From assembly GCF_000281045.1 (NCBI RefSeq), contig NW_008246101.1:271692-306254 (forward strand): 34,563 nt of DNA. Reading direction: 5' to 3'. The position numbers and the translations under genes are program-made. Position 1 is the first letter of the stretch; each line of letters begins with the position of its first letter. Under the pieces are notes generated by a model that was not told the DNA's origin, made no database searches, and saw only the letters and a program-made list of their open reading frames with translations. This document shows positions 20,724-32,096 of the stretch, one piece after another. This DNA comes from Saprolegnia diclina VS20 (lineage: Eukaryota).

Positions 20724-21827
20724 ATGTCGCTGGCACAGCTCTTGGCGCACTTCCCGCCCGTGGACTTTGCCATGGGCTACGGCTCGGGCGTCTTCAAGCA
20801 GTCGGGCCATGACAGCTCGAGCTCGATGGTTGACCTCGTCCTCGCGGTGGAGGACCCGGTTGCATGGCACGCGGAGCAAGTCGCCCGCCATCCCGAGCAC
20901 TACTCGGGGCTCAAGGTGTTTGGGCCCAAAGCCATCGCGTACATCCAAGAGGAGCTCGGTGCTGGTGTCTACTACAACACGCTCGCGCAGATTCCGGGCA
21001 CGAACCAACTGAGTACACCTACTTCGAGGCGCTCGTCCGCTTCTCACGATCATGTCCATGTAGTGAAGTATGGCGTCGTGCGCACCAGCACCTTGTGCAA
21101 CGAGCTCACCGGGTGGTCCAACTTGTACCTTAGCGGCCGCATGCACAAGCCCGTAGGTCTCGATTCCCACACATTGAAGTTAGCATTGGCTAGGTCAACA
21201 TCCTCGCGTCCGTGCCATCGGTCGATGCAGCGTCGTCCACGAACCTCTCGCACGCACTCCACCTGGCGTTGCTCGGGCTCCCCGAGACGTTTACCGAAGA
21301 AGAGCTTTTCATGGTGCTCGATACCGCTACGCTAATGCTATCGAATCCTGATCTCGCGGGTAGAAAATCGCTGGCATCTCGTACTGGGGCGACTTTCGCA
21401 TGACGTTTGGCGAAAACCCGAAGAAGGTTCGCAACATTGTCCACGGCAACTTGGAAGGGTTCCAGACCGTGTACGCCAAGAAGCTGCAGGTACGCTACGA
21501 AGCTCCAGTAGGTTGCTTGTGGTGAGTATCGTGGGATAGACGTCGCCGTATCTGCAGAAGGGACCGACGAGTTGGACGATGGACACGACGCCGTTGGCAC
21601 GCGAAGCCATGTTGGCGAGTCTTCCGGAAAACGTCACGTCGCGCATGAAGCCCAAGCACAAGGCGCTGACGATCGCGTCGCTGAACGGAAAGAAGGTCAA
21701 GCAAGCCGTCAGTAGCATCGTTCGCACGTCGAGCCGGACGCAGAGCATCAAGGGCATCCTCACGGCCGGTGGCGTCAAGACCGTACAGTACATTTGGCAA
21801 AAGCTCAGCCGAACCTACTTGCGCTAA
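20724..21827 (+). CDS. TAM41: Mitochondrial phosphatidate cytidylyltransferase Tam41/Mmp37
   Basis: FAMGYGSGVFKQ, MVDLVLAV, GAGVYYN, KYGVV, LYLSGRMHKPV, ISYWGDFRMTFGENPKKVRNIVHGN, QSIKGILTAG; several short introns. Confidence 0.95.
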
Positions 21828-21976
21828 GCAACCGTATGCACGCCAACGTCGTCGTCATCGACGGCTAGTCGGAATGTGGTCCTATAGCTGTACCTTTGCG
21901 AGGCTGTCGAGTTCCAGTTGCCGTCAAGGTCTTATTGCTTTGTAACAAACCGAGCATTACATAAGATGACCCCATT

Positions 21977-22003
21977 TATCCGGACGTTCGTGGCGTATCC
22001 GGT
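21977..22003. promoter_or_regulatory. TATCCGGA and TATCCGGT direct pair upstream of CYB5R4-like gene
   Basis: Motifs at 21977-21984 and 21996-22003; ATG at 22019. Confidence 0.35.
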
Positions 22004-22018
22004 GTCTGCCATATTGCC

Positions 22019-23372
22019 ATGGGCGACCGAACGAGCAATCGCGAAGGCAAGGTTCGGCTCGAGCCGGGCTTTAGCCAGATCGTACGCGTCCATCTCATGA
22101 AGGCCATCGCTGATGCTGGATGGATAGCACTGGATGATGCTGACGCAGCGATCGCGGGACCTCGCGGGCTTGAACGGGCAGCCGCCCCGGCGCAACATCC
22201 CGCGCGAGGAGGTCGCGCTCCACAACACGGAGCACGACTGCTGGAGCATCCTCGACGGCAAGGTGTACAACTTTACGCCGTACATGAAGTACCATCCCGG
22301 TGGGATCCAGAAGCTCCTTCTCTGCGCGGGCGGCGACTGCACGACCATGTTCAACGAGAGCCATGCGTGGGTCAATGGCCATGGCATGCTCGAGGTACAG
22401 CAGTCTCGCTCCTCTTCTCGTTCAGCGCTCAAAGACGCTTAGAAATGCTACTTGGGCACAGTGGCCGAAGGGCCCGTGCCGGCCACGGCCACGTCCAACG
22501 TGGCGCTCAGCACGGTCGACTGGCGACCGTTCAAGCTCGTGGCCGTGCGCGATGTCGCGGCCATGACCAAGCTCGTCCAATTCGAGCTGCCCAAAGGCAA
22601 GACACTGGTGCGGCTTGTCGGTTGCCTCTCGTTTCTATTCTCTGTGTGTAGGGCCTCGTGATGCCCGGGCAGCACTTGCGCATGCGCGTCGTCATCAACG
22701 GCAAGCCCTACGAGCGCGCGTACACGCCCGTGTCCCCGCTTGACCAGGTCTGTCACGCCACGTACACCCCACCGATCTCGTCATCAATGACCGTAGAAGC
22801 ACACGGTGGACATTTTGATCAAGGTGTACCCGGATGGCATCGTGACGCGCCACCTCGCGACGCTTCCGATTGGTGCGACCGTCGACTGCATCGGGCCCCA
22901 AGGAGCGTTCGGCTACACGGGTGTTGGAAAAATCACGCTATCGTCCGTTGAGCATCCGCACGTCAAGCACATTGCGATGATCGCGGGCGGGAGTGGCATC
23001 ACGCCGATGCTCCAGCTCATCCGCGCCATTATGCAAGGTGCGACTACGGACTCGACGACGCTGTCGCTGCTCAACTGCAACAAGTCGGCCGAGTACGTCA
23101 TCGCCAAGAGCTCGCTCGGGCCTCTCCACAACATGTTTCCCGGTCGCTTTCGCTGGTTCAATGTGCTCAGTGAAGCGTCGGCAACAGGTCACGACGACGT
23201 CGAACCGTGCCTTGTCGGGCGACTGGACGCGCACCTCATCGCGCAGCATGTGCCAGCACCTAGCACGGACGGGCTCTTCATCTTGCATTGCGGTCCGCCC
23301 AAGTTTGACGAAGTCGTGCACGATACCCTCCTCAGCATGGGCTACAGCGCGGGCCAAATCCACCAGTTTTAA
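22019..23372 (+). CDS. Cytochrome b5 / cytochrome b5 reductase fusion (NCB5OR/CYB5R4-like)
   Basis: N-terminal KVRLEPGFSQI|HWMML...DLAG; b5 domain HNTEHDCW...KVYNFTPYMKYHPGG...HAWVN; FAD domain PGQHL, RAYTPVS, IKVYPDG, GPQG; NADH domain MIAGGSGITPM, CGPPKF. Confidence 0.9.
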
Positions 23373-23767
23373 GCCAGTCTAAGTGAGCTTCGTACCGCCT
23401 CTTGCTTGGACGCACCTAATGTTCGTCTGGTGATCCCATGACAATTACGACGCGCATGGCGGGAGGACCCTGCGTGGGGCTGCTGGCGCCAATTTTCAAA
23501 GTACACTATTTCGAGGAGGACAAATATAGTGTTTCCCAACAACGTCGACCGCTCGTAGTTGTTGGCTATTGATGTAGTGCGTGCCGCAAACGGCGAGTTC
23601 GGTGCACACGCGACATACTAACTACGTGGTGTGTCGCTACACTGGAAGACAAGCAATACAATCGCTCACTTTAAGCGGCACGAACATGTTCAATACACTA
23701 TTTACGTTCGCCACGCAACTTGGTTTGAGGTCAAGATCCAGATTGCCGTTTGAGTTTGGGTCGCACG

Positions 23768-26673
23768 ATGGCCGACGACGACACGCTGCTGGAGCACGCT
23801 GACGACGTCGAGCTCGCGACCGACGACAGCGACGCGTATATGCAGCACTTTTGCAGTGTCCTGACCAAGATGGTATGTGCAACAGCGAGAACGGAGGCGG
23901 CTAACTGCGCGACGTAGAAGGCCACGTTCTGGGCGCTCCTGGCGCCGGCCGAGCAAGCCATGGTCGACGATTTTCTGGCGCTCACCGAGCCTGCACAAGC
24001 CCTGTACGCGCGCCTCTTTCAGCGCAAGGGCCCGTGGTTCCGGTCAACATCGCTGGAGCAGTACTTGACGTCGACGCGCATCCCGTGGACTGTCGACGCC
24101 TCGGGCACGCCGCCGCTGCAGCGCGCTTTAAGCGCCTTGCACGCCGCGGGCTTCATTGCTGGTCTCAACCACGACACAAAGGAGTATGCGTCCGTGCTGT
24201 CCGCGATCGCACGCGCCTGTCCGCAACCCGAAGTCGCGCTCATTCTGCAGGCGGTAGGCGCGTCGACCAAGGGCAAAACCAAGGTATTCGACCATACTCC
24301 TCAACGTAGCATACGTCTGCAAAGCGAGTAGGGCGATATGCTCGAGCGACTGCGGACGCATGTGAGCACCCAACGTCGTCTCGACGGGTCGTTCCTGCCC
24401 CTGGCCGCCAAGGTACATGCGATGCATTGCAACCCACCGGCAGCGTAGATCTGCGTAGGTGCAACGCGTGCTGTACGATACTGCCACGTGCGAACAGAAG
24501 TCAAAAGACGACCTCTTCCTACTGCAGATCGCACCCGAGAGTCGTAATGCGTTTCGCCGCATGCACCACCTCGCGTACCTCACCGCCTCCTTTACGATGC
24601 CAACGCGCGCGCCGCCCAAGACGCCGACGTGGGACGACTGGCGCACTCTCTTCTTCACGAACGAGCCCGTGGTGTGGCCCGGCTTGCTCCAGACGTTCAA
24701 CCGGTTGATGGCGCCGGCGTATGCCTGCACGCCCAGCGCCGGTATGTTTCCGTCACTCCACGCGCTTGTGCTCTACGAGTGCAGCCGGCGACTGCGCCAA
24801 GCCATGTACTCGATCGGCGAGTGCATTCCGGTGCAAAGCAACGTGCTGACGCGCGAGCCGTCACTCTCGATCGAGTGGCTCGACCACAGCCCACCGTCGC
24901 TGCTCGTCTTTCAGGCGCAACCACCGCGTGATGACGTAACGTGGAAGCTGGCGTGTCACCGCTCCGTCGACGTACGTCGTCTTTGGAATGCATGCGCGTC
25001 TGAAGTTTGCATGGGCCATAGACGTTTCTGCGAACGTTCGCCGACTTGGATGTGCTCGTGCTCGAGGTGCGCCATGCCTTGCGGGCCTACCCAGCGCAAG
25101 AGAATGACGTGGCACGCCCTCCGTTCTTTGCGCACTTTGATGGCGGCTACCAGCTCGTGAAAGCACTGGATAGCGCAATATCCATCTACGAGAAACTCGG
25201 GCAGCACGACAAGGCCGTCGTCTTGCTCCAAGAAGCGCTCGCCGCCCGCCGTATCGGCTACAAGCGGTAAGTTCCTCATGGACTTCCCAAGAATGTAGTT
25301 TTGTTGCAGTGGTTCGTGGTACGTTCGGCTCGCGGTCAACTTGCACATGCATCTCAAACAGCCCAACGAAGCGTTGACGATCTGCGACCAAGGCTTGGCC
25401 GACGCCGACGTGCGCGACTGCGACCGCCTCGTGCTTCGGCGCAAGCTCCTCCGGCTCCGCAAACCAAGCCCCGATGGCGTGCTCGACCAAAACGACGATG
25501 AGGACGGGTGCAAGAAGAACGAACTCGGAAGCTACGTATCGGAAGCGATCGAAGGCCGGCCGCTGAACCGAGCGACGGGCGAAAAGTCACGCTTTATTGG
25601 CTATGACGACGCGGGCGTCTCGGTCGAGGAGCTCGTGTTGCAGCACTACAACCAAAACGGTATGCAATCTTATGGCATCTTATGGTAGTGAGACACTGGA
25701 TCGTAGGATGGTATGGCAGCCACCGCGAAGGCGCCGAGATGCGCATGCTCTTTGGTCTTTTGCTCTGGGACGTCATCTTTATGCCGCAGCCGCACGTCTT
25801 TCAAACGCCCTATCAGGTAATTTCATCGTATATACAGGACACGATTTCTAATTTGCGAGTAGGATCGACCGCTCGATTTGGATATTCGGTACGCAGCCCA
25901 CTTTTGTGCCGCCCGCGCCGATGCGATCGACGCGACCTTGTCGGCGCTTGCGGCCATGACAACCTCGGACCTGACGACGCACATTGGTCAGCAGTACGAC
26001 ATCTACGAGGTACGTCTCTCGATGCACTGTCTTGCAGAGACCCATTATGTATAGGGTCAAAATGGCTATGGCATGTCGTGGAGTTCGTCGAGGGGCTACT
26101 TACAACTGCTGGCCGCCGGCCTCGGTGGCTCTAGCTTGTCGCGGTTGCTTCGTCTCTGGGGTACATGCCTTTTCCGCCTTGCGTTGGTATCAAGAAGTTG
26201 GCACGCTAGTGACCGCGTGCGACTCGAGCGGGATGCCCGACCTCATTCTCGTGCGCGTACCGACAGAGGGTGGCTACGCCGACCTGCAACGCTATATCGA
26301 TCGGCGCGAGGCCACCGAGACGACGACGACGGAAGAGGTGGACGAAGGACTACCTTTGGCGCTGCTGGAAGCAAGCCAAGTGCAGCTGGTCGAGGTCAAG
26401 GGTCCGCGCGACGCGCTCTCCGATACGCAGCTCGTCTGGCTCGATAGGTTTCGACAAGCGGACATTGTGGCCAAAGTGTGTTTTGTGCACGAGCCGAATG
26501 AGAAGAAGACCAAGTCGCAAGCCAAGAAGCCAGCGACGCGACCACCTGCAACCAAGCGACCTCGTAAACCCAGTTCCACCGCCGCCAACAAGCGGCCACC
26601 GTCCGCGCCGATCCTTGGCGTCACTGCCAAACGCATACCGGAAGTCATAGAGATCAGCGACGACGACGAGTAG
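23768..26673 (+). CDS. FAN1: Fanconi-associated nuclease 1 (VRR-NUC structure-specific nuclease)
   Basis: LYARLFQRKGPWFR, TPR-like helices (YKR|..WFVVRSARGQLAH / LHMHLK region), VSVEELVLQHY, GWYGSHREG..MLFGLLLWDVIF, FQTPYQ|..PLDL, SGMPDLIL, LVEVKGPRDALSDTQLVWL; many short introns. Confidence 0.93.
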
Positions 26674-27132
26674 TACTAGTAGTACATTATTCCCAAAAGG
26701 AGGCAACTGGAAGGCCTTGTCGAGCATGTAGTCGATACAAAAATTGCGGCTCTCTTGATACGGAAGCGCCGCCGTATGCAAAAGCATAGGTGACAACATC
26801 ACCCTTGTCATGCGTGCCCACGCTACTGAGATCCTTGCGTCGTTCTTTCACTGGACGCTGCCACGTACGTGACTAGCACCACGGGGGTTTCTCGGAACGT
26901 TGCAAAACCAAAATTAAGGATCCGAAACTGCCAAAGACGTTTCGCGCAACGGTCGCGCGCTGTTCTTCAGCGCGCCGTGCCGTATTCGCCTGTGACCTAA
27001 TTTGACGCAGTGTAGGTTTCAACCCAGTTCCACGTAATTTATATAGAGAGAGGGTCCCCACAATCGAATCCGCACACGAGCGATCGTCGGCAGTGGAATG
27101 TGCCAGGAACGTTTTTACTTCAAGCCCCACAG

Positions 27133-28801
27133 ATGGCGGATCTTGAAAAGGTATCTTTGCCTTGGTGCGATCGAGGGCATGGCTCACGCTTCATCGTAGC
27201 TGCGCCTCAAGGTCGAGCCACAGCCACCGGCGTTTCCTTTCGTTGGCGAGCCATTTGACATCACCGTGTACATGGTCGATGAAGCCGGCGACCTCAAGAC
27301 AGGGTACTTCTTGCCGATCTCCCCCCGACGAGATTGGCTGATACGGCACATAGGCTTCAAGTGCCGCTGCAACTACGCCTACTGGCGGGCGAGAAGCCGC
27401 TCGAGAACGACCAAGATCTTATTGTCGTGGATGCGTCGACGCCGGCGGTCGTCGACGGCTCGGGCATCTGCAAGCTGCGCATGACGGTGCACACGTCGTC
27501 GGCGGCACACCAAAGCCAGCCGTTCCAGCTCGAGATCACGCCCGCCGATTCAGGTAACACTGATACACACTGCCGTGTCACACATGGATCATACTTTTCT
27601 TCTCGTGCTAGGCATCGCGCCCGTGTTCACTTCTGCGATGACCGTCGTCCAGCACCACCTCGTCGTGCAAGACGCGCTGCCCGACGTATGGTACAAGGAC
27701 GAAGGCAGTCGCGACAAGTGCCTCGAGATCGCCGTGCACCTGGTCGATCACACTGGCGCGCGCGTCAAGAACCGCCCGCTCCCGCTCACAATGACGTTGC
27801 TCTACGAGAGCGGCGTCGTTGTCTTCAAGCAAGACATCCTCAAGGTCTCGCCCGAGTCAGAGCGCGGCATTGACGTCCACGGCCGCGCCCTTCTCCGCGT
27901 CCGCATCGAAGACGTGAGTCGGAACCACCAGAGTCAGCCGTTCCGGCTCAAGATCGAGCCCACCGAAAGCACCGACGTCGCGCCTGATATCACGTCGGCC
28001 ATCACAGTTCGGTCCAAGCGCAACAAGCGCCCGGCACAACAGACTAGCGAGGCGACGATCGCCGACTTGGTTTCGGCTGAGGACAGCTGTGCGTCCTCGA
28101 CCGAGTCGCCGCCCCGGAAACGGCACTGCCGGGACGAGCGCGTGATACCACCGAGCTTGTCGCGCGTTCTGCAATGGACGCGATCGGTGCTCAAGGGCTT
28201 TGAAGCGCTCGAGTGGCAACAAGTTGGCTACGAAACGCATGTCGACGGGTCGCTCGACTACCGCCGGCCGCTGTACCGATGCCCGGCGTGCTGGCGCTAC
28301 AAGGACATGCTCACGTACAGCTCGCAGCACCACGCGCCCCACTGCGTCATTGCCAACGCCCTCTTGACGTACGCGACCGAGACCGTGTACGACTATGAAG
28401 CGCTGTTGCAGCAGCTGCAGCCAGCTACCGAGCCGCCGACCGAGACACGGTCGCCGTCGCTTATCGTGACGTACGAAGAGCACGTGTTTTGTATTGTGGC
28501 GCAGCTTGCGGTGCTCAGCGCGGGTGCTTGCGTCGGCTTTCCCGCGTTCGACAGCGCGTTTAGCCTTGTCGGGTTTTACCAAGCGGTGACGACAACGACG
28601 ACAAGCATGGTGTTTTGCCCGCTCGCGTCTGTCCCGAGCTTGACGCGTGCGGACGTCGATCGCCTCGAAATGAGCACGCACCACGCCCTCTTTGAACTGA
28701 GCCCGGCGCTCTTCCGCTTGGACGCGTTTGGCGGCGACTTGGAGAAACTCAAGGAGCGTGCGTTGCTCTACTTTTGGGAGTCGAACCTCGTCGCTGCATG
28801 A
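27133..28801 (+). CDS. Uncharacterised protein with two tandem beta-rich repeats, a basic patch and a CxxC...HxxxC motif
   Basis: MADLEK|LRLKVEPQPP...KTG|LQVPLQL...TPADS|GIAPVFTS..., then a long stop-free terminal exon. Internal duplication visible (HQSQPFQLEITP / HQSQPFRLKIEP). Confidence 0.85.
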
Positions 28802-28814
28802 CGATATATCATAC

Positions 28815-28850
28815 AATAGTAGTGTAGGGAATAGTAGTGTAGGGAATAGT
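28815..28850. repeat. 15-bp tandem repeat AATAGTAGTGTAGGG x2.4
   Basis: Units 28815-28829, 28830-28844, partial 28845-28850, just after the stop at 28801. Confidence 0.85.
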
Positions 28851-29532
28851 TTCTAAGTGTTGCCATGCAAGTTGTCATCTTGTTCGTGAACCCTTTCTCG
28901 GTTGGTTAGAAAAGACCAACAACAGGTAGATCGCGCGACAAACCATCGCAAAGACTCCTGGAGCTACAAGGCCGCGGTACATCGACGTGCAAGTGACGCC
29001 TTGACCCTGTCCACGACCCACCAATGTACATTGTACTCACTAGGGACGAAGACGTCATCTCGGCGTCGCTAAGCGCGCCAATGCAGCATTAGTCCAGCCT
29101 CCTTTTAGTCTCTACTTGTGGAAGAAATGTGGTAACTGGTGCTCAGAGGTTGTTCAAGTCGCTCGACAAGCCATTATGGATGCTAAAGGTCATCTCAAGC
29201 GCTTCAACTTGGTGATCCAAGCCGACCTGATGGGCTTGATCGCGGTGGCCAAACTCAAAAAAAATGTCCGAGGCGCGTCATGGAGCGATGCTATACCTGT
29301 AGGCACTCGTCATGCGCGCGCACCGCATGCACGCACGTTGCTGACGTACTGCAGGCGCTTGCGTTAGAGCTGGCGACACTTCCTGCCCTGGTCGGGTCAC
29401 CTACCGGGAGGGAGCAAAGTCCGAATTTCACGCGTTTTCCGGAAGGACAAGTCCGAAACCATTGACTGGTAGGACGTGCCTGGCGCCAATCAAGTTGGGT
29501 AACCGAACTTTCCGATTTCACCGCGTCGCAAG

Positions 29533-31857
29533 ATGAGCCACCACCATCGGTCGGGGCCGCTCAAGCAGAAGAACAAGAAGCACAAGGTCGGGAAGCATGA
29601 CACCAAGACGCTGCTCGCCAAGAAGAGCGGCGGCAAGGTCGAGCGCGTGATCGGCAAGGCCGGAAAGCTCCTCCTCACGGGCTCCAAGGCGCAGCGCCTC
29701 CAGAAGGCCAAGCAGTGGAAGCAGATGAAGGCCGACGACGTCTCGATGCGCCACCGCCTTGGCGCGCTCAACGGTCCGCCTAAGGTCGTCGCGCTCGTAC
29801 CGCTCGGTCCGTCGGCCAACCTCGACGCGGTCCGCGCGTCGATCATTGAGACCGCCTCCAACGTCACGTACTCGGAAGACGTAGGTCGCTTTATGCATCT
29901 TAGTGGTCTTATAGCCTCTTGATTGTAGGCGCGCATGCTTGGCCGCTTCACGCACGCGACGTTTGCCAACCAGAAGCAGCACCTCTCGATCATCGAGTGC
30001 GGCCACGACGTCCTCGGCATCCTGGACATGGCCAAGGTCGCCGACATCATGGTGTTTGTGCTGCCCATGTACAACGGTCCGGACGCGGCGGTGGGTGCGG
30101 ACGGCGATGTGTTGCTCTCGGCCATCCGCGCGCAAGGCCTCGTCGCGGCGGTCGGGATCGTCCAGGGCTCGGAAGTCCACGCGCCCAAGGTCGAAGCCGA
30201 CTGCCGCAAGTTTGGCCAGCGCTTCTTCAACACGGAGTTTGGCGACGCGATCAAGGTGGCTGTCGGCAACAACAACGTGCAGGTTATGCGCGCGGTCCTG
30301 ACGGTCCAGCCCAAGGTGCTTCACTGGCGCGAGATCCGCAGCTACATGCACGCGACCAACGTTGTCTTCAACCAAGAGTCGGAGATGGCCGGGTCGCTCC
30401 ACGTGACGGGGTACCTCCGCGGCAAGCCGCTCTCGGCCAACCAGCTCATCCACCTCACCGACATTGGCACGTACCAGCTGAGCCATGTGGTCAAGGGCGA
30501 CGACCCGAACACGCTCCTCGCCCGCGCCGACCCGTCCAAGCAGGAAGATCTGCAGTACGAAGCCGAGGTCGACACGTTTGCCGCCGAGCAAACGTGGCCG
30601 ACCGAAGAGGAGCTCAAGGAAGCCGCGAGCACGCGCAAGGAAGTCGACGTTGCCGGCATGAGCAGCTACCAAGCGGCGTGGCAAGTCGACGACGCCGAAG
30701 ATGCGGACGGCGACCTCAACATGGACGAGGAAGACGATGACGCGTCGGACAATGAGCTGCCGGACCAGAGCTTTTGCAAGGTTGGCGGTGACGCGCCCAA
30801 GGACAAGGCGTTGAACGACGACGATGACGACGACATGTCGATGGTCGACGAAGACGAAGACATGGAGTTCCGCACCAACGAGAAGGCCAAGCTCCAGGCC
30901 GAGCACGAAGCGTTCCCGGATGAGATGGACATCCCCGCCGAGACGCTCGGGAAGGACCGGTTTGCCCGGTACCGCGGTATGAAGAGCTTCCGCACGAGCC
31001 CGTGGGACGCCAAGGAGTCGCTGCCGATGGATTACGCGCGCCTCTTTCAGTTTGAGTCGTTCCACTACACGCAAAAGCGCGTGCTCGACCAAGGCAAGGA
31101 GGCCGAGGCGCTCTGGAAGGACGCTATCAAGACCTCGGAAGATGACGCGGCGCCGGTCCTCGTGGGCGAGTACATTGCGACGGGCGCGCTGGTGACGCTC
31201 GTCCTCAAGAACGTGCCAGTGGCCAAGATGGCCGCGCGCATGCAGGTGAACCGCCCGTGTGTGCTGAGCTCGCTCTTGCGCCACGAGAACCGCATGTCCG
31301 TCCTCAACTTTACGCTGCAGCGGGCGTCGGGCGACATCTCGGTCAAGTCGAAGGACCCGATGATGTTCCACTGCGGCTTCCGGCGCTTTGAGGGCCGTCC
31401 GATCTTCTCGGATGAGAACAACAAGAGCGACAAGCACAAGTTCCAGCGCTTCATGCCGAGCGCGGGCTGGACGGTCGCGACGGTCTATGGGCCCGCGACG
31501 TTCCAGCCGGCGTCCGTGCTCGCGTTCCATAGCAACGCGCTCGTGGGCTCGGGCACGCTCCTCAACGTCGACCCGGACCGTATCATCTTGAAGCGCGTTG
31601 TCATTGCGGGCACGCCGGTCCGCGTCAAGAAGCGCAAGGCTGTCGTGCGCTACATGTTCCACTCGCCCGAGGACGTCCGGTGGTTCAAGCCTGTCGAGCT
31701 CACGACCAAGCACGGCATGACGGGGCACATTTCCGAGTCGCTCGGTACGCACGGCGACTTCAAGGCCGTCTTCAACAAGCCCATCAAGCAGCACGACACG
31801 GTGTGCCTCAACCTCTACAAGCGTGTGTACCCCAAGCGTGTCGTCCAAGACATGTAG
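29533..31857 (+). CDS. TSR1: Pre-rRNA processing protein TSR1
   Basis: HHRSGPLKQKNKKHK start, LDMAKVAD, GYLRG..LSANQLIHL, EQTWPTEEEL, FPDEMD...RFARYRGMKSFRTSPWD, LLRHENRMSVLNF, VRYMFHSPEDVRWFKPVEL, LGTHG, LYKRVYPK. Intron 29881-29928. Confidence 0.97.
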
Positions 31858-31904
31858 GCGCAGTGAATAAATGATGAAATGAATTTAGATTATCCAATGT
31901 GGCT

Positions 31905-31950
31905 GTATTATACTATCCAAAATGACAGTATTATAGTATCCAAAATGACA
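31905..31950. repeat. 23-bp tandem duplication GTATTATA(C/G)TATCCAAAATGACA x2
   Basis: Units 31905-31927 and 31928-31950, one mismatch. Confidence 0.85.
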
Positions 31951-32096
31951 GGATAGAGACCATCGAGATTGACTGTCAGGCACGACACGTCCACGTGGCG
32001 TGTGCACAGGTTGTCTGTTGAACTTTGGGAAAACCTCTTTCTTTTTATTTTTGAGTTTGGATATGTAGTTTGGGAGGACGCCAGTGTGCAATTAGA

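Noticed and set aside
21013..21063. Apparent 17-aa insertion in TAM41
   Set aside because: Explained as a 51-nt GT-AG intron without a stop; splicing restores QLMKYGVV.
26150..26215. Apparent frameshift before the FAN1 PD motif
   Set aside because: Resolved by a phase-1 GT-AG intron (26161-26209) giving RLWVTACDSSGMPDL.
29116..29367. ORF with HLKRFNLVIQ, faintly like hAT transposase CxxH-RFNL segments
   Set aside because: Similarity too weak; no catalytic motifs, terminal inverted repeats or target-site duplication seen.
29518..31848. 776-aa antisense ORF over TSR1 (likewise 5208-6275, 15276-16208, 27857-28816, 10876-11748)
   Set aside because: Typical shadow ORFs caused by high GC3 codon bias of the sense gene; no independent motifs.
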